Shown here one piece after another: positions 28,145 through 59,055 of a stretch of 64,000 bases of DNA. Each line of letters opens with the position of its first letter. Positions within the stretch are counted from its first letter, which is position 1. The notes beneath the pieces are model-generated. The model was not told the origin of the DNA. It saw nothing but the letters and a program-made list of their open reading frames with translations, and searched no databases. Both the position numbers and the translations under genes were made by a program. The stretch lies in the NCBI GenBank assembly GCA_965112735.1, contig OZ218953.1:1798001-1862000 (forward strand), read 5' to 3'. This DNA is from Phaeosaccion multiseriatum. Lineage: Eukaryota > Protista > Ochrophyta, other classes.

Positions 28145-30968
28145 TTAGACTGCGAGGGCGGACTGCTCGTCGCAGTTGCTGTTGGTGTAGCCGGCGAAGC
28201 ACTCGCAAAGGCCCGAGGCGGCGTTGCAAAGACCACGGGAGGAGCAAGGAGCGGCGTACTCGTAGCCCATGTCGGAAGGAGGGGTGAACTTGAACATCTG
28301 GATCTGTCCGGTGGCGATGGTGGTGTCGTTGTGGAGATCTCCGAAGGTGGCGGAGCCGTCCGTGAAGATGGGGCGGTCGAGAACGATCTGGTACCGGTCC
28401 TCGGTGGAGTTGGTGGTGGCGGTGTAGTCCTGTACGCTGATCTTCTGGATCTCGTAGAGACCGGCCGAGTTATCCACGGCAAGGGCAGCGGTCAGTGTGG
28501 CAGCGACGCCTGTAGAAGTGAAGGTGTCTCCGGTGGTGTTGGTGGTCTCGTCACCAAAGGTGCTGAAGGGCAGCATGATGAGATCTCCCTTCTCCAGGCA
28601 GTTGGTGTTGTACGTGTCTCCCGAGGAGTTGGTGAAGACCGCAGCCGAGCCCTGGGCGCCCGCGTTCTCACACGAGAAGTCCGCGCTGGTGTAGATGGTG
28701 TTGTCGTACTGTGTCCAGTAGGCAGTTCCCATGGGGTCCTGTGCCTGGTCGTACTCTCCATCGAAGCCGAAAGTCTCATCGTCGGCCCACACACGCTCCA
28801 GCACACCGGAGGTGGCGTAGACGTAGTAATCACCGGGGGTGACGGCGGTGGACAGCTCCAGCTTCTCGTCCAAGCTGTTATAGTACATGACCGCAAAGAC
28901 ACCTCCGTCGTAGTCGTCCGCCGCGGAGGTGCTGACCAGGCGCACCAAGTGAGGGTGCTGCCCGACATAGAGCTTGTCGTGGCTACCGTAGTCCCAGTCC
29001 TCGACACCAACATTGTCCGACGTGCGTCCGTTGGAGTCCCCGAGACACTTCTTTAGGCTCTTGATTGTACCCGTGCTCATGGCCACATCCATGGCAATAC
29101 CGTACTTGGCGTCCCCAGTGGCGGTGTCGCTGAGGGTAACGGCAACGTCGCAGTCGGTGGTGAAGTAATCATAGAACTCGCCCACCACTCCGGTGTCATA
29201 GACGTAGGCAGAAAGAGCTCCACTGGCCGAGTCAGTGGTGGTGTCTCGGCCAACCTCGTCCGTGATGATAATCTCGGGCGCGGGGAGGGCACCCGGGTTG
29301 CCGGTGAAGGTGAGGGAAACGGTGGCAGTGGTCGTATCGGCGGTAAGGGAGCACTTGACGGAACCAAATGCAATGGCATCATTCGGGAGAGACTCCAGGG
29401 CAGCGGGCACCGACTGGCAGCCTGCGGTGGTGTAGTTGGTGACGTCGATGGGGTCGGTGGTCCAATCCTCACCAAACACGTCATAGAACTTGAGGCGGAA
29501 GGTACCCGTGGCCGACGCAATGGCGGCACTGTCCTCAAGCTTAACGTCGTACTGGTTGACTCGGGCGGTGTTCTTGTCGTCCACATAGAGGGGGTCGATA
29601 CCGTACATGCACTCGCGGTTGGAGCAGTCATACCCAGAGTAGCCGGCGTCGCAGTCGCACGACATGATCTTGTCCGCGTCCCAGAGCTCGTACAAGTTCA
29701 TGTCGTCCTTCCACGCCCTCTCTCGGTTGGTGAGGCACACTCCATGCCCGCTGCAGTCGGCGGGGCAGGAGGCGCGCTGGCAAGAGGCGCCCTCGTAACC
29801 GACAAAGCAGTTGCAGTTGCCGGTGCTTCGGTCGCAGAGTCCCTTGTTGGAGCACTCCATGTAGTAGTGGGCTGTGTTGTCGCTGACGGTGTTGCCTGAG
29901 GCGTCCGCCATGATGGGGAAGAGCTCACTGGTTCCATCAGGGTACATCTGAAAAGGGGGGAGGAAGAGGAGGAAGAGGAGGAGTGGGGGGGGATGAAGGG
30001 AGGAGGAGGAGCAGGAAGAGGAGGGAGGAGGAGTGGTGTGTAGTTGTAGTAGTGGTAGAAGGAGGAGAAGGAGCAGAGAGAGGAGGAGGTGGAGGAGGAG
30101 GTGGAGGAGGAGGAGGAGGAGGAGGAGGAGGAGGAGGAGGAGGAGGAGGAGGAGGAGGAGGAGGAGGAGGAGGAGGAGGAGGAGGAGGAGGAGGAGGAGG
30201 AGGAGGGGGAGAGAGGAGAAGCAGGAGGAGAGTGGGGTGTTGGCGGTGAGACACTTTGACGAATGGACGAATGCCGTAGAGGTGACGAGAGGGATGTGCC
30301 ATAGGTATTTCCTTCAAGCGGTATATTCCATCTCAATGGGGGGGACACACACAGAGAGAGACAGTATCTCAGTGGTGAGGACATGTATACACAGATACAG
30401 ATAGGGGAGAAATGAGGCAGCGGGGCACGGCTTCAGAGCCAGCAAGGCGGCGGGGCTGTTGCTGAGCAAGAGTGCACAGGCCCTGGCTCTTCTCACACTC
30501 CCAAGCGTTTCCGTTATTTTCCTCTCGCTCCACTCTCCCTCTCTACTGTTTGCCTGCCCTCAAGCCCAGTGCTGGGCGGCGCCTACGTGACAACGATGTA
30601 GCCTCAGTTACCGGGAGCTCCACTACACTCTCTCACCCCCCCCCCCCCTCTTCCTTGTAACCCCTCCTTCTCTCACCCCCCGCCCTCTCCCTCTCTCTCT
30701 CTCTCTCTATCCATCTCACCTGTGACGACGAAACCACCTTACGGTACTGCACATTGCCGTCCATGTCTAAGTCTCCCTTGGGAGAGTCCACGTGCGCGAG
30801 GTCGAAGGGGCAGATGCGCTGGCTGCAGTCGTTGGCCATGAAGCCCTCATAGCAGGTGCACATATCATAGGCCCCACAGGTTCCATGTCCACTGCAGGCG
30901 TTGGGACACTCTGCTGCTACAAAGCTGAGCGCAGCCAAGGCCACCAGGCCGGTCACTGCGAAACGCAT
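28145..30968 (-). CDS. Tubular mastigoneme protein (Ocm1/Sig1 family), secreted, EGF-like Cys domains, 683 aa
   Basis: Signal peptide, then ECPNACSGHG.C..YDMC.CY....ANDCSQRICPF.LAHVDSPKGDLD, AHYYMECSNKGLCDR, LWDADK..CDCD.GY.GYDCS.REC.YGIDPLY and C-terminal CSSRGLC..SGLCECFAGYTNSNCDEQSALAV. Exons 30968-30720 and 29947-28145. Confidence 0.93.
30081..30206. repeat. (GGA)n intronic microsatellite
   Basis: Seen directly, inside the mastigoneme intron. Confidence 0.95.
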
Positions 30969-31306
30969 GCTCCTCTAACTATGCTTACGAAGGAAGTACA
31001 GTGATGCCCCTCTTCTCTTTGTGTGCGCTCCTGTACTGCTCCTTCCTCTTTTGCTCCTCAAGCCCAGTTCGTTACGCTTTGTTGCTGGCGGTTACCACAG
31101 CAACGGCTCTTAGAACTAGCACTCCGTACTAGCCCAACCCTAAGCAATACGGTTTCAAATTCGATGTGGAATTTAAATTCTTCCTTTTGCGTCCTCTGAA
31201 AAGGGAGGGAGAGGTAAGCATTTTTTTTACCATTCTCGAGGGGGAGGGGGGGTTAGGTCGAGGAACTGCACGACAGATATTATCTTCTTACTGGAGCCAG
31301 GCTTTG

Positions 31307-34300
31307 ATGCAGAACCGCCTGATTGATGCATGGAGCCGCCGAATTGATGTAGAGCTGCCTAAGGTTACGAACGTATGTCGACCAAGGCCGTTCTCAGGGA
31401 CTCGATTGAAGCTTGGAGCGGGTCACTCGAGGGGGGAGGAAGAGTGACGGCGTCTGCTTCGGAACGGGGGTCAGCAACGTGGGACAGTAGCGCAGTCGCA
31501 GGGGGAGAAAGAGGGCAGAGACGCCCTTCACGGGCGAAGGGCAAGGTTGGAGCCTCCTCTCCTCTGGGAGGAGCCTCAGCCGGTATGGGAAGTCCGAGCT
31601 GGGATGGAGGAGGAGGGGGGGGCACAATAACCCAAGTGGGAAAGGGGGGGTGCTGCAAGACTTGGTGGAAGCTCCAGCTCGACAGTGGAAGCGTCGGGCT
31701 TCCCATGAGAGTCAACACCGTCACAGGTGCGTGGCTTGAGACTTGGAGACTTGGAGACTCTCATCAGACACCCTCATCAGGCCGAAACAAGTCTTTTGTT
31801 GTCTTTCTTTTTGCCAGTTTTGTGGTATGTCTTTCCTCAACCTTGTGCCACGGCCGGGGTCTGCGTTCCAAACACGGCACAGACATTGGGTGCCAACGAC
31901 AGGAAGCCTCCAAGCCTCCACACGTACTACCTTAAACCTCCTACTCCTCTTCCACGCATGTACCTTCCTCCTCCTCGTCGTCTTTGTCGTGTGCATGCAT
32001 CAGTTCTCCTGCGGGGTGTGTTGTACGCCTTTGGGGGCCTGGCCGGGGGTCCAACGAGCGAGATGTGGGCCTACGACGTCCGGAAAAGGCTGTGGGATCG
32101 AGTCTCGATCAAACCAGAGGCTCCGATACCTCCGGTAAGAGAGAGCGAGGGAGCGAGAAAGGGAGAGAAAGGAGAAAGAGGGAGGGAGGGAGGGAGGGGA
32201 AAGCCGACGAACAACAAGCTTGACATTCCACGCACGTACTTTTTGGCATACGTCTATATCAATGGCATCATGGCATCATGAGCGCAAGAAATTCTTACAC
32301 TCATCTTCTTCCTTCCTTCCTTCCTTCCTTCCTTCCTTCCTTCCTTCCTTCCTTCCTTCCTTCCTTCCTTCCTTCCTTCCTTCCTTCCTTCCTTCCTTCG
32401 CTCGTTCTTTCCTTCCTTCCCTTCCTTCCCTTTGTTCCTGTGTCTCAGCCCCGACATAGCCATGCCATGGGGTGGGACGGTTTCAAGTCTCTATGGGTGT
32501 TCGCAGGGCAGGGCATGGGCACGGAGGCGACGGAGAGCTGCAAGACGAATCAGGGGCTTAAGGTGTGTGTGGGTGTGTGTGTGTGTGTGTGTGGGTGTGT
32601 GTGGGTGCGTGTAGGTGGGGGCGTGTGGGTAGGTGTGTCAAAGCGGAAAAGAGACGACACAACATGCCAAAAGCGGAAAAGAGTTATCATCACATCCATC
32701 CCCCATCCTCTGCCCTCCTCTCCGCTCAGATTCGAACCACTGCTCGGCGGCAATGTCTCAACGACTTGTGGGAGTTCGACACCTCCACCAACGAGTGGAA
32801 GGACCACGTGCAGGCAGGTGTCTGTCCGGGGGCAAGAAGGGGGCACACCTTCACCTTTGTGGCCAACAGGAGACCCAAGGGGGTTTCTGTAACGACACTT
32901 ATGGAGACTCAGGCCACAAAGAGAGAGGAGAAGAAGGCCAGAGAGGCAAGGGAGAGGAGCATTCGTACCTTCGCCTTCAGCCCGTACAAGTGAGTGCGCT
33001 TTCTCCCTCTTCTTCTCTCCCTCTGTCTCTCTTTCTCTCCTTCTCTCTCTCTGTTTGAGTACTGCAATACAGTCACCCGGTCTATCATGCAATATGTCTT
33101 CATATCACGCACCGGAAACACGCTGACAAACTGAGTGATGAAGTCTTGATAGGGAGCCCATCTGTCTCCATGGCGTTACAGTACCGGGAACACCAAAGTG
33201 CTTACACTCACCCCTGATGTCCGATGGCCTGTCCGCAGATCTACCCCGGATAAGTCAGAGGAAGGGCAGGATCCGTCCAAGAGGGAGGCGGGGAGAGGTT
33301 TGGCCATGCGGGGAGGATCGGCAGCAGGGGAGGGAGGGGATGACGGTAATCAGGCGCAGTACTCACCACGACCACAGCCACGGAAGGTGGCTCGGAGGGC
33401 AGGGGGGCGTGGCACGCCGAATAGCGCTGGAGGCAAGGGCCGAGGGACTCATGAGGCCTCTCGACAACCGACTGTGCCAACCTCCAGAGAGCTCATCATG
33501 ATCGGGGGGGCGGGCTTTGAGGTCATCAAGAAGATGGAAGTGGTCTATACAGAGGTAGGTTGTTATCCTTATTGCCATGCCTCTCTGCTCGCTCTGTTCT
33601 CTGTCTCTCTGTTCTCTCTGTCTGTCTGTCTGTCTCTCTCTCGTGCTTGTCCTGACCACGCTCTGCATCTCTCTCCAGTGTCTGCCTCACCTAAGTTTTC
33701 CTTCCTTCCTTCCTTCCTTCCTTTCTTCCTTCCTTCCTTCCTTCCTTCCTTCCTTCCTTCCTTCCTTCCTTCCTTCCTTCCTTCCTTCCTTCCTTCTTCA
33801 TCCCTCGTATCTGCCAGTTGTGGGTGTTCGACTTGGACTCAAAGGAGTGGCAGCTCATTGAGCAGGAAGGTCCAAGCCCCCCCGCCGTGTTCTACCACTC
33901 CGCCACCACAGCCAACGATGTAAGTCAAAGGCACAAGTCCGTGATGTCATTCGTACTTTCAGCGTGCTAGACATCATGTCAGAGCACCAAAAGCGCAGAG
34001 CGAGGCACATCAACATCATGTCAGAGCAGAGGGAGGAATAGAGGCATACAGGCACAGAGCAGAGCACAAGCCAAGTCTCCATCCCCTTTGCGGTGTTGGT
34101 CAGACTCTTGGAAGTTGAGGCTCCTGCATGTGTGTGCGTGCGTGCATGCATGTGTGTGTGTGCGTGCGTGCGGGTGTACGTGAAGTAGACTATACTCCCT
34201 CACCTCCTCTACCCACACCGCCCCACCTCCCCTCTGTACCCTCCTTCCCCCCGTCCCCCTCCCTCGGCACCGAACATACATGCCCATATGCCCGCAGACG

Positions 34301-34741
34301 CACATCGCCGTAGTGGGTGGGTTGGTCATCGGGGGGGCTGTGAGTTCGAAGGTGTATCTCTTGGAGCTTGAAACGTAAGCCAACGAACGGGAGGATGGAA
34401 AGAGGGAGAGAATCACCACCTCTCTACCACCTCCCCCTCCCCCCCCCTCCTCACACTCCATACATGCACTGCACTACCTGATGGCCCCGTTTGATTCGAT
34501 CACCACCCTTTCACTCCCGCTCAGGCTACTGTGGAGTATTTTGGACCACAACCCGTTGAGTCTCTTCCAACCTTCCGTATACGGACATTCCGCGGTGGAA
34601 GATCCCGACAAGAAGGGTCGACTCCTGATATTCGGGGGGAGGTGCGATAGCAAGCAAGTCTCTGCCAAGATCTTCACCCTCAATGTGGGCACGGGGACGT
34701 GGGCGAAGGTTGTGCTCACGCAACACAAGAAGAGGACCAAG

Positions 34742-34774
<33 letters not shown>

Positions 34775-35590
34775 CGGGTGAGGACGAGACAGCAGTAGGC
34801 GGCAAGACATTGCGCGCGGGACTTGGTGGTAGGATGGAGCTTCAGTTGGGGGCGTGGTGATTGCTGACTCATTACCCTCAACGAGGAAGGGAAGGACCTT
34901 TTTTTTCGTCCCTACGGGTATCCCACTGCTCTCTCTGTGTGTGTGTGTGTGTCTTGTGTGAACTTGTTGACCCGGCACAGAGCGGCTTCCTCCTCTATTT
35001 TGCCTCTCCTCCTTACGTCCTACCCCCTATCTTCGTCTTTGCTACTCTGCTTGGCTACTCTGTTGCGCCAGGGGGGGGTACCGTCCACTGCTGTCGCATC
35101 AATAGGAGAATCGGCAGCAGCAGGAGAAGGAACAGCAGCAGCAGCAGCAGAAGCAGCAGGAGGAGGAGAAGGAGGAGGAGGAGGAGGAGGAGGAGGAGGA
35201 GGAGGAGGAGGAGGAGGAGGAGGAGGAGGAGGAGGAGGAGGAGGAGGAGGAGGAGGAGGAGGAGGAGGAGGAGGAGGAGGAGGAGGAGGAGGAGGAGGAG
35301 GAGGAGGAGGAGGAGGAGGAGGAGGAGGAGGAGGAGGAGGAGGAGGAGGAGGAGGAGGAGAGGGAGGAGGAGGAGGAAAAGGAGCTGGGAATGGAGGAGA
35401 AGGAGGAGGAGGAGGGGGGGGGGGAGGGGGAGGCGGCGGAGGCGGAGGAGGGGTGGCAGCTGAGCCTCCATCTCACCGATCAGGGCACTGCTCCTTCGTG
35501 TGGGATGTAGGCGACCCAAACGCGGTGGGGGAGGCACCGCCCCCCGTCACGAGAAGCTTCGACAATAGGACGCCGGTGAGTGATACGCGC

Positions 35591-35623
<33 letters not shown>

Positions 35624-35632
35624 GTGATGATG

Positions 35633-35670
<38 letters not shown>

Positions 35671-35758
35671 CAGGATGATGATGATGATGATGATGATGAT
35701 GGTGATGATGGTGATGATGTGATGATGATGATGATGATGATGATGGTGATGATGATGG

Positions 35759-35814
<56 letters not shown>

Positions 35815-35823
35815 GTGATGATG

Positions 35824-35890
<67 letters not shown>

Positions 35891-37061
35891 CCATAGAGTG
35901 GAGTCTTTTTGCATTTGGGGAACTGTTACATAAACGTACGGTGTGCCAGGCGCTCAGAAGCGCACGCACCCACGTTAGCCCACAACACAAGACACAACAT
36001 GTGCCGCTGCTGGGCAGTAACCTCACCCTCCCTCCCTCTCTCCCTCCTCTCTCCCTCCCTTCCTCCCTCTCTCCTTCCCTCGCTCCCTCCCTCGCTCCCT
36101 CCCTCCCTCCCTTCCTCCTTCCTCCCTTCCTCCCTCCCTCCCTCCCTCCCTCCTTCCCTCCCTCACTCCCTCCCTCCCTCCCTCCCTCCCTCCCTCCCTC
36201 CCTCCCTCCCTGCCTCCCTCCCTCCCTCCCTCCCTCCCTCCATCCATCCATCCATCCATCCATCCATCCCTCCATCCATCCCTCCCTCTCCTCCCTCCCT
36301 CCCTCCCTCTCCTCCCTCCCTCCCTCCCTCCCTCCCTCCATCCATCCATCCATCCATCCCTCCCTCCCTCCCTCCCTCCCTCCCACCCTCCCTCTCCTCC
36401 CTCCATCCATCCATCCCTCCCTCTCCTCCCTCCATCCATCCATCCCTCCCTCCCTCCCTCCCTCTCCCTCCCTCCCTCCCCCCCTCCCTCCCTCCCTCCC
36501 TCCCTCCCTCCCTCCCTCCCTCCCTCCCTCCCTCCCTCCCTCCCTCCCTCCCTCCCTCCATCCGTCCATCCATCCCTCCATCCCTCCCTCCCTCCCTCTC
36601 CTCCCTCCCTCCCTCCCACCCACCCTCCCTCCCTCCCTCCCTTCCCTCCCACTGTACAATAGGGTGCTGTAATGATTGAAGGTAAGGATATGCTCGCAAC
36701 TTCGTGCGTGTTCAACTTTGGTGGATCGTTGCTGAGCAAGGCCGGAGGCTACTCCGACGTTAGTATCTTTGTGCTTAAAACAACGTCCGGGGAGGTAAGA
36801 TCCTTCCTTCCATCCTTCCTTCCTTCCATCCTTCCTTCCTTCCTTCCTTCCTTCCTTCCTTCCTTCCTTCCTTCCTTCCTCGCTTTCTTCCTTCCTCCCT
36901 TCCCTCCTTCTTTCTTCGCTTCCTTCCCTCTTTCCTTCCTTCCTTCCTTCCTTCCTTCCTTTTCCCTCCTACCCTCCTACTGTCCTTCTTTCTTCCTCTC
37001 TTTCTGACTTGCTTCCTTCCTTCCTTCATCCCCCTCTCTATCGCTCCTTCCCTCCCTCCCT

Positions 37062-37102
<41 letters not shown>

Positions 37103-38398
37103 TCTCTCTCTCTCCCTCTCTCTCTCTCTCTCTATCTATCTCTCTCTCTCTCTCTATCTATCTCTCTCTCTCTCTCTCTCTCTTCCTCTTTATGGCTCTC
37201 AAGATGCTTGAGGAGGAGCGGCGCGAACGCTTGCAGAGGCCCAGTCGCCTTGCAACAGCAGCAGGAGGAGGAGGGCCCGACGAGGAGAAGGAAGGAGGAG
37301 ACTTGAAGCGGACGACGGCAGACGGAGAGGTGGGAGGGCCCTCTTCCGAGGCTTTGGACCCTCTGGTAGGAGTAGGGGGGAGCTCCGCCACGGGTCCTGG
37401 CGGTGGTGCCGCGACTCCAGCGACGACGAGCTGGAATATGGACAGTCCAGGGCCGATAGTGCCAGCACCGCTCGAGCATACCTTAGCAGGTAGGTGTCAT
37501 ACGGAGCGAACGCGGGTTCAATTCAGCTCAGTTCAGCTCAGTCTCAGCTCACGTCGAAATTCCTTCCTCCCTCCCTTCCATTGCCGTCCAACCAACCACC
37601 CCAGCAGCAGGAGCGGGAGGAGGGGCGTCAGCGGCTTCCAAGCTTCGCATAGGGGGGGGCTTTTCTTCTTCTCCTTCTCCTTCTCCAGGGTTGAGCATGC
37701 GTGTGCGAAAGGCTATGACCATCCTTCGCATCTCGCCATTTCAACCCCCGCCCTGGCAAGGAATGGACACGTATAGCTATGTTGACGAGGTGAGAGGGTT
37801 GGTGCTACAGAGGGGAGAGGAGGGGAGGGGAGGGGAGGGGAGGGGAGGGGAGGGGAGGGGAGGGGAGGGGAGGGGAGGGGAGGGGAGGGGAGGGGAGGGG
37901 AGGGGAGGGGAGGGGAGGGGAGGGGAGGGGAGGGGAGGGGAGGGGAGGGGAGGGGAGGAGAGGGGAGGGGAGGGGAGGGGAGGGGAGGGGAGGGGAGGGG
38001 AGGGGAGGGGAGGAGAGGAGAGGGTGGATAGAGGAGGGGATGAGAGCGGAGAAGAGCGCACGCCAAGCAACGAACATACAACCCCTGCTGCTGCTCTTCC
38101 TCCTAACTCTATTTTGGTCGTTGCAACGTCCGTGTGCACTTGGGCTCAACCAGGTTGTGCGCCGAACCATCCTGCTGGAGGAGGTGTCCAGTGAGCAAGA
38201 TTCCTTGGACGGGACGGGGCGAGAGGCGGGTGCGTGTAGCATCAAGGGAAGACCGGCCAGTGCGAGCCTTGCCTTCTTCCCGAGGGGTTACGAGGCGAGT
38301 AAGTCGTTCTTGGTGTCCTCTCGACCAGATCGGCTTACTTCGCGGCTGGGCAGTGCGTACAGCAAGTCCATTCGGCAGAGGCAGCAGCAGTTGGCGAT

Positions 38399-38440
<42 letters not shown>

Positions 38441-38894
38441 CCCGCACCAGCACCAGCACCAGCACCAGCACCAGCACCAGCACCAGCAGTTGGTGACACA
38501 GCGTCGTCGACCCGACACAGCGCCCTGCTTTTCCCAATTTTCCTCCTCCGGCGGCGGCTCCGAGTCGGGGCCGAGGAAGGGCTTATTGACGGGTGGAGGG
38601 GGAGGGAGGGCACATCCGCATCACGCTCATCCCCATCACGCTCTGGCTGACGTCACGAGTCGAAGAGCAGGGTGGGGAGGAGGAGGAGGAGCAGGAGGAG
38701 GAGGAGAGGGAGGAGTAGGACGAGGAGTAGGAGTAGGAGGGATGCGAAGACCCTCAGCGTCTGCCGGTCCACATCGCCACTCACACACTCACGGACACAC
38801 ACAGCAGCTGTCGGCCTTGGGAGCGAGGAGTGGAGGGCCGCGTGGGTCATCAGCATCAGCATCATCTCCATCACCACCATGGGCGGCGTCATGA
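31307..38894 (+). CDS. Multi-exon kelch-repeat protein with low-complexity C-terminus
   Basis: Kelch blades across exons: [95 protein letters not shown]. Start and several junctions are uncertain. Confidence 0.78.
35593..35890. repeat. (GAT)n intronic microsatellite
   Basis: Seen directly. Confidence 0.97.
36027..36650. repeat. (CCCT)n/(CCAT)n intronic microsatellite
   Basis: Seen directly. Confidence 0.97.
37811..38015. repeat. (GAGGG)n pentanucleotide tract, G-quadruplex capable
   Basis: Seen directly, near the 5' end of a predicted kelch-gene intron. Confidence 0.95.
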
Positions 38895-39069
38895 CCCCAG
38901 TCTCTGACAAGAGGAACAAAGAGGAACAAAGAGGTGCTTTGATTGATGCAAAAAGGGCTCCTGTTTGTTCCTCATCTTCTACTGCGGGGCTGCGGCGCTA
39001 TCATTGGTCTGACTGTATTCCCAAAGTTTAGTTTTAAATACAATTAGTACAAATACGGCTACCTCATCA

Positions 39070-56103
<17,034 letters not shown>

Positions 56104-56275
56104 CCGGACCTTGGCTGTGCTTTGCTTTTGTCGGTTGAGAGCCTTCTCAACGAGTTGTTCAAAAAAAAAGTCGGGATGGATGTGGAAGCCTTTAAGGTGG
56201 TCGCCGAAATCACAGGGAGGTGTTTGGGCTCGGATTTGATGACTTGATCCGGATTTCGACAAATCCGCGGGCTGT
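56104..56275. promoter_or_regulatory. Putative compact bidirectional promoter (giant GAF gene / ING)
   Basis: Only 172 bp lie between the inferred divergent ATGs at 56103 (-) and 56276 (+). Confidence 0.55.
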
Positions 56276-58300
56276 ATGTCTCGCTACCTCCGAGACCACC
56301 TCCATCAGGTGGGAAGCTTACCTGTAGTCCTCGGGAAGACGCTGACGGCGATACGAGCTCTGGACTCGGAGACAGAGGTGAGGGCCCTTTAATCACAATG
56401 GGGAGGGAGAGGACAAAATGGGATAAGAAGCATAAGCAGCAGATAAAGGAGGCTGCACGGCTGTCAGTAGCTTTGTATCTTCCGACTACTGGGGGAGTTT
56501 GGATGGTTGATTGCCGCAAAAGGCGTGTTTTAGGCCAATCATTGAAAGCCCGTGACCCTCATCCTCCTTCTCCTCAGGCCCTTTGCAACATCACCGACGA
56601 TGACGTGAGGAGTATAGTGAGATCCCAAGAGCCGAGGGAGAGCGCGCTAAAGGCCGAAAGCATCAGCAGCAGCAGCCACGTGCATCCGGCAGGTGCCGTG
56701 GGTGGGGCAGACCTGCAAGGCGGGGCAGCTCCAGCTACCATCCCCACCCCGAATCTGGCTGCTGCTACGGCTACTACTACTGCTGCTGTTGCTGATGGTT
56801 GTGGTGGTGGTAGGGAGGGGGGGAAGGGTGGTAATGCAGCGCTTGCGGCGGTGGGTACGACCTCAATCGGCGGTGTGCCTTCTGCTGCCCCTCCTACTCC
56901 TGCGGCCCTCCTTTCTCCCGATGGTACGAGGGGTCGGAAGCGAGGCATCGGAGACCCGAGCAGCAGCATACGGGAGGAGAAGAATGAGGTGAGAGACGCG
57001 GAGCACCTTCCTAGACAAGCTTCACCGTGTGGCAGGCGAAGGCCTTCTTCGCTGTTGTGCTCTTGGGAGTTTTTGTTTGGGGAATACAACTGTGGTAGTA
57101 GTTACATCAACTGTGGTAGTAGTATATGTTTTTATGTGGGGAATGCCCATTGTCCCCTGAGTCTCCCCTGCGTCCTGTGAAGCGATCCGGGGGTGAGTAG
57201 GGACGTGAGATTTGGGTACTGCTATACCACTTTGCATTCCTAGACAAAGGAGAGAGGAGGTGCCGAGCTGAGGAGTAGAGACCTCTTTTGTTGCCTCCTT
57301 TTTTCCCTCTTGGACAGGACGAGAATGATAAAGCTCTTCGAACAGTAACCGCGGTAGGAAGAGCAGCAGCAGGAGAAGGAGCAGCAGCAGCAGTAGGAGC
57401 AGCAGCAGTAGGAGCAGCAGCAGGAGCAGCAGCAGCAGCAGCAGGAGGAGGACCAGCAACAGCCGTAGGAGGAGGAGCAGCAGCGGGAGCAACAGCAGCC
57501 GTAGGAGGAGCAGCAGCTGCTGCAACAGTAGAAGGATCAGCACCCACTGCAGCAGCAGCAGCAGGAGGAGGAGGAGGAGGAGGAGGAGGAGGTGGAGGAG
57601 GGGGAGGAGGAGGTGTAGGAGGAGAAGGAGGAGGAGAAGGTGGAGGAGGGGCGCGCGGGACAGAGGAATGCAAGAAGACGATAACAGTGGCGGGCCTGCA
57701 GCGGAAAATTCGCGTCCACGGGCAACTGGCCCTGACGCTCTGCAACGAGAAGGTGCGCCTTGCTCAACAGGCCTACGACATGGTGGACACACACATCAGG
57801 AAGGCGGACGAGGAGCTGAAGCGTATGGAGGTGAGGGAGGGAGGGAGGGAGGGAGGGAGGGAGAGAGAGGGGACGGAGGGAGTACTTCTCCTTACATACC
57901 CTTGCATACACATACTCATGCACTGGCACCATGCTCTTCCGTGCGTGCCTGCCTGCCCTGCAGACCGAGCTTGTTCGGAAGGGCCTGCTACCCAAGCCCA
58001 AGCCTCCTCCCCAGCGCAAGCGGAGACGTAAGGCCTCGGAGGAGCTGTCAGCACGGGACATGCAGCAGCTGCAAAGGGACGCGCCCGTAGACCCCAACGA
58101 GCCAGTCTACTGTGTGTGCAGGTAGGTTGGTGTGTGTGTGGGGGGGGGGTGGGGGGTGAGGGGGGAGGAGAAGGGAGGTGTCTGCCTCCTTCGGGTTTTG
58201 GTTTCCTAGCAGAGGGGTGGGACGCACCGCGGAGTCTGAGTCTACTGGGGGAAGGAAGGAAGATGTGGTGGGAGGAGGTGAGATTGGCTCTGGCTCCTCC

Positions 58301-58341
<41 letters not shown>

Positions 58342-58626
58342 GCCCTTTGCAGGCGACAAGAGTGCTTCGGCCGCATTTGAATTCAAGTTGCCACACCCCT
58401 CCTCAACAACCCCCCCCCTCCACCCCTCTCACCGACTGGTTTCCGCTGCCGCAGGCGAGTGGCCTTCGGCGAAATGGTCGGCTGCGACGACAGCGACTGT
58501 CCACGCGAGTGGTTCCACTTCCGCTGCGTCAACATCTCCAAGCAGCCCATGGGGCGTTGGCTCTGCCCCATGTGTCAGCAGAAGAGAAAGAAGAGGGGCT
58601 CTGGAAGGGCGAGCCCACTTCCGTGA
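56276..58626 (+). CDS. ING: Inhibitor of growth (ING) family PHD-finger protein
   Basis: N-domain YLRDHLHQVGSLPVVL..IRALD, EKVRLAQQAYDMVDTHIRKADEEL, and PHD [45 protein letters not shown]. Exons 56276-56377, 56578-56988, 57318-57830, 57964-58121, 58455-58626. Confidence 0.94.
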
Positions 58627-59055
58627 GAGAAAAAATATCATGACTTGCCTCTTGACGAAATTAAGGCGGATGAAGATAAAAGGGCGTCAAAGGGCGTCGT
58701 CAAAGTGCGTCAAACAGGGCAAAGTGGGTTCAAAAGTCGTCAAACGTCTTCAAAAGTGCCACTCAAACCGTTTTTTTTTTAGTGGTTTTTTGGTGCCTCC
58801 TCGCTGGATTGTAACCGTCATCCCATCTCGTAGCTTCTTGTATCAAGTTGTTGACGTGTGGGTCTCTACATTGAGACGTTGCGGAAGTCATGGAATCAAT
58901 GAGGGTGGCGAATTTACCTCAGCTGCTGCTCGCGTAGAAAGACAAGGCGATGAGGGTGTCTTTTCGCCAAGAAAGGAGGAGGTTGGACAGAGGCCAAGAA
59001 CGAGATCCTTGACGCGGTTTGGAGGAGGAGGATAGGAGGAGGGAGAGAGGGCAGG

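Noticed and set aside
35547-37029. ORFs rich in GRE/PSL/poly-M/poly-H
   Set aside because: They are translations of intronic microsatellites.
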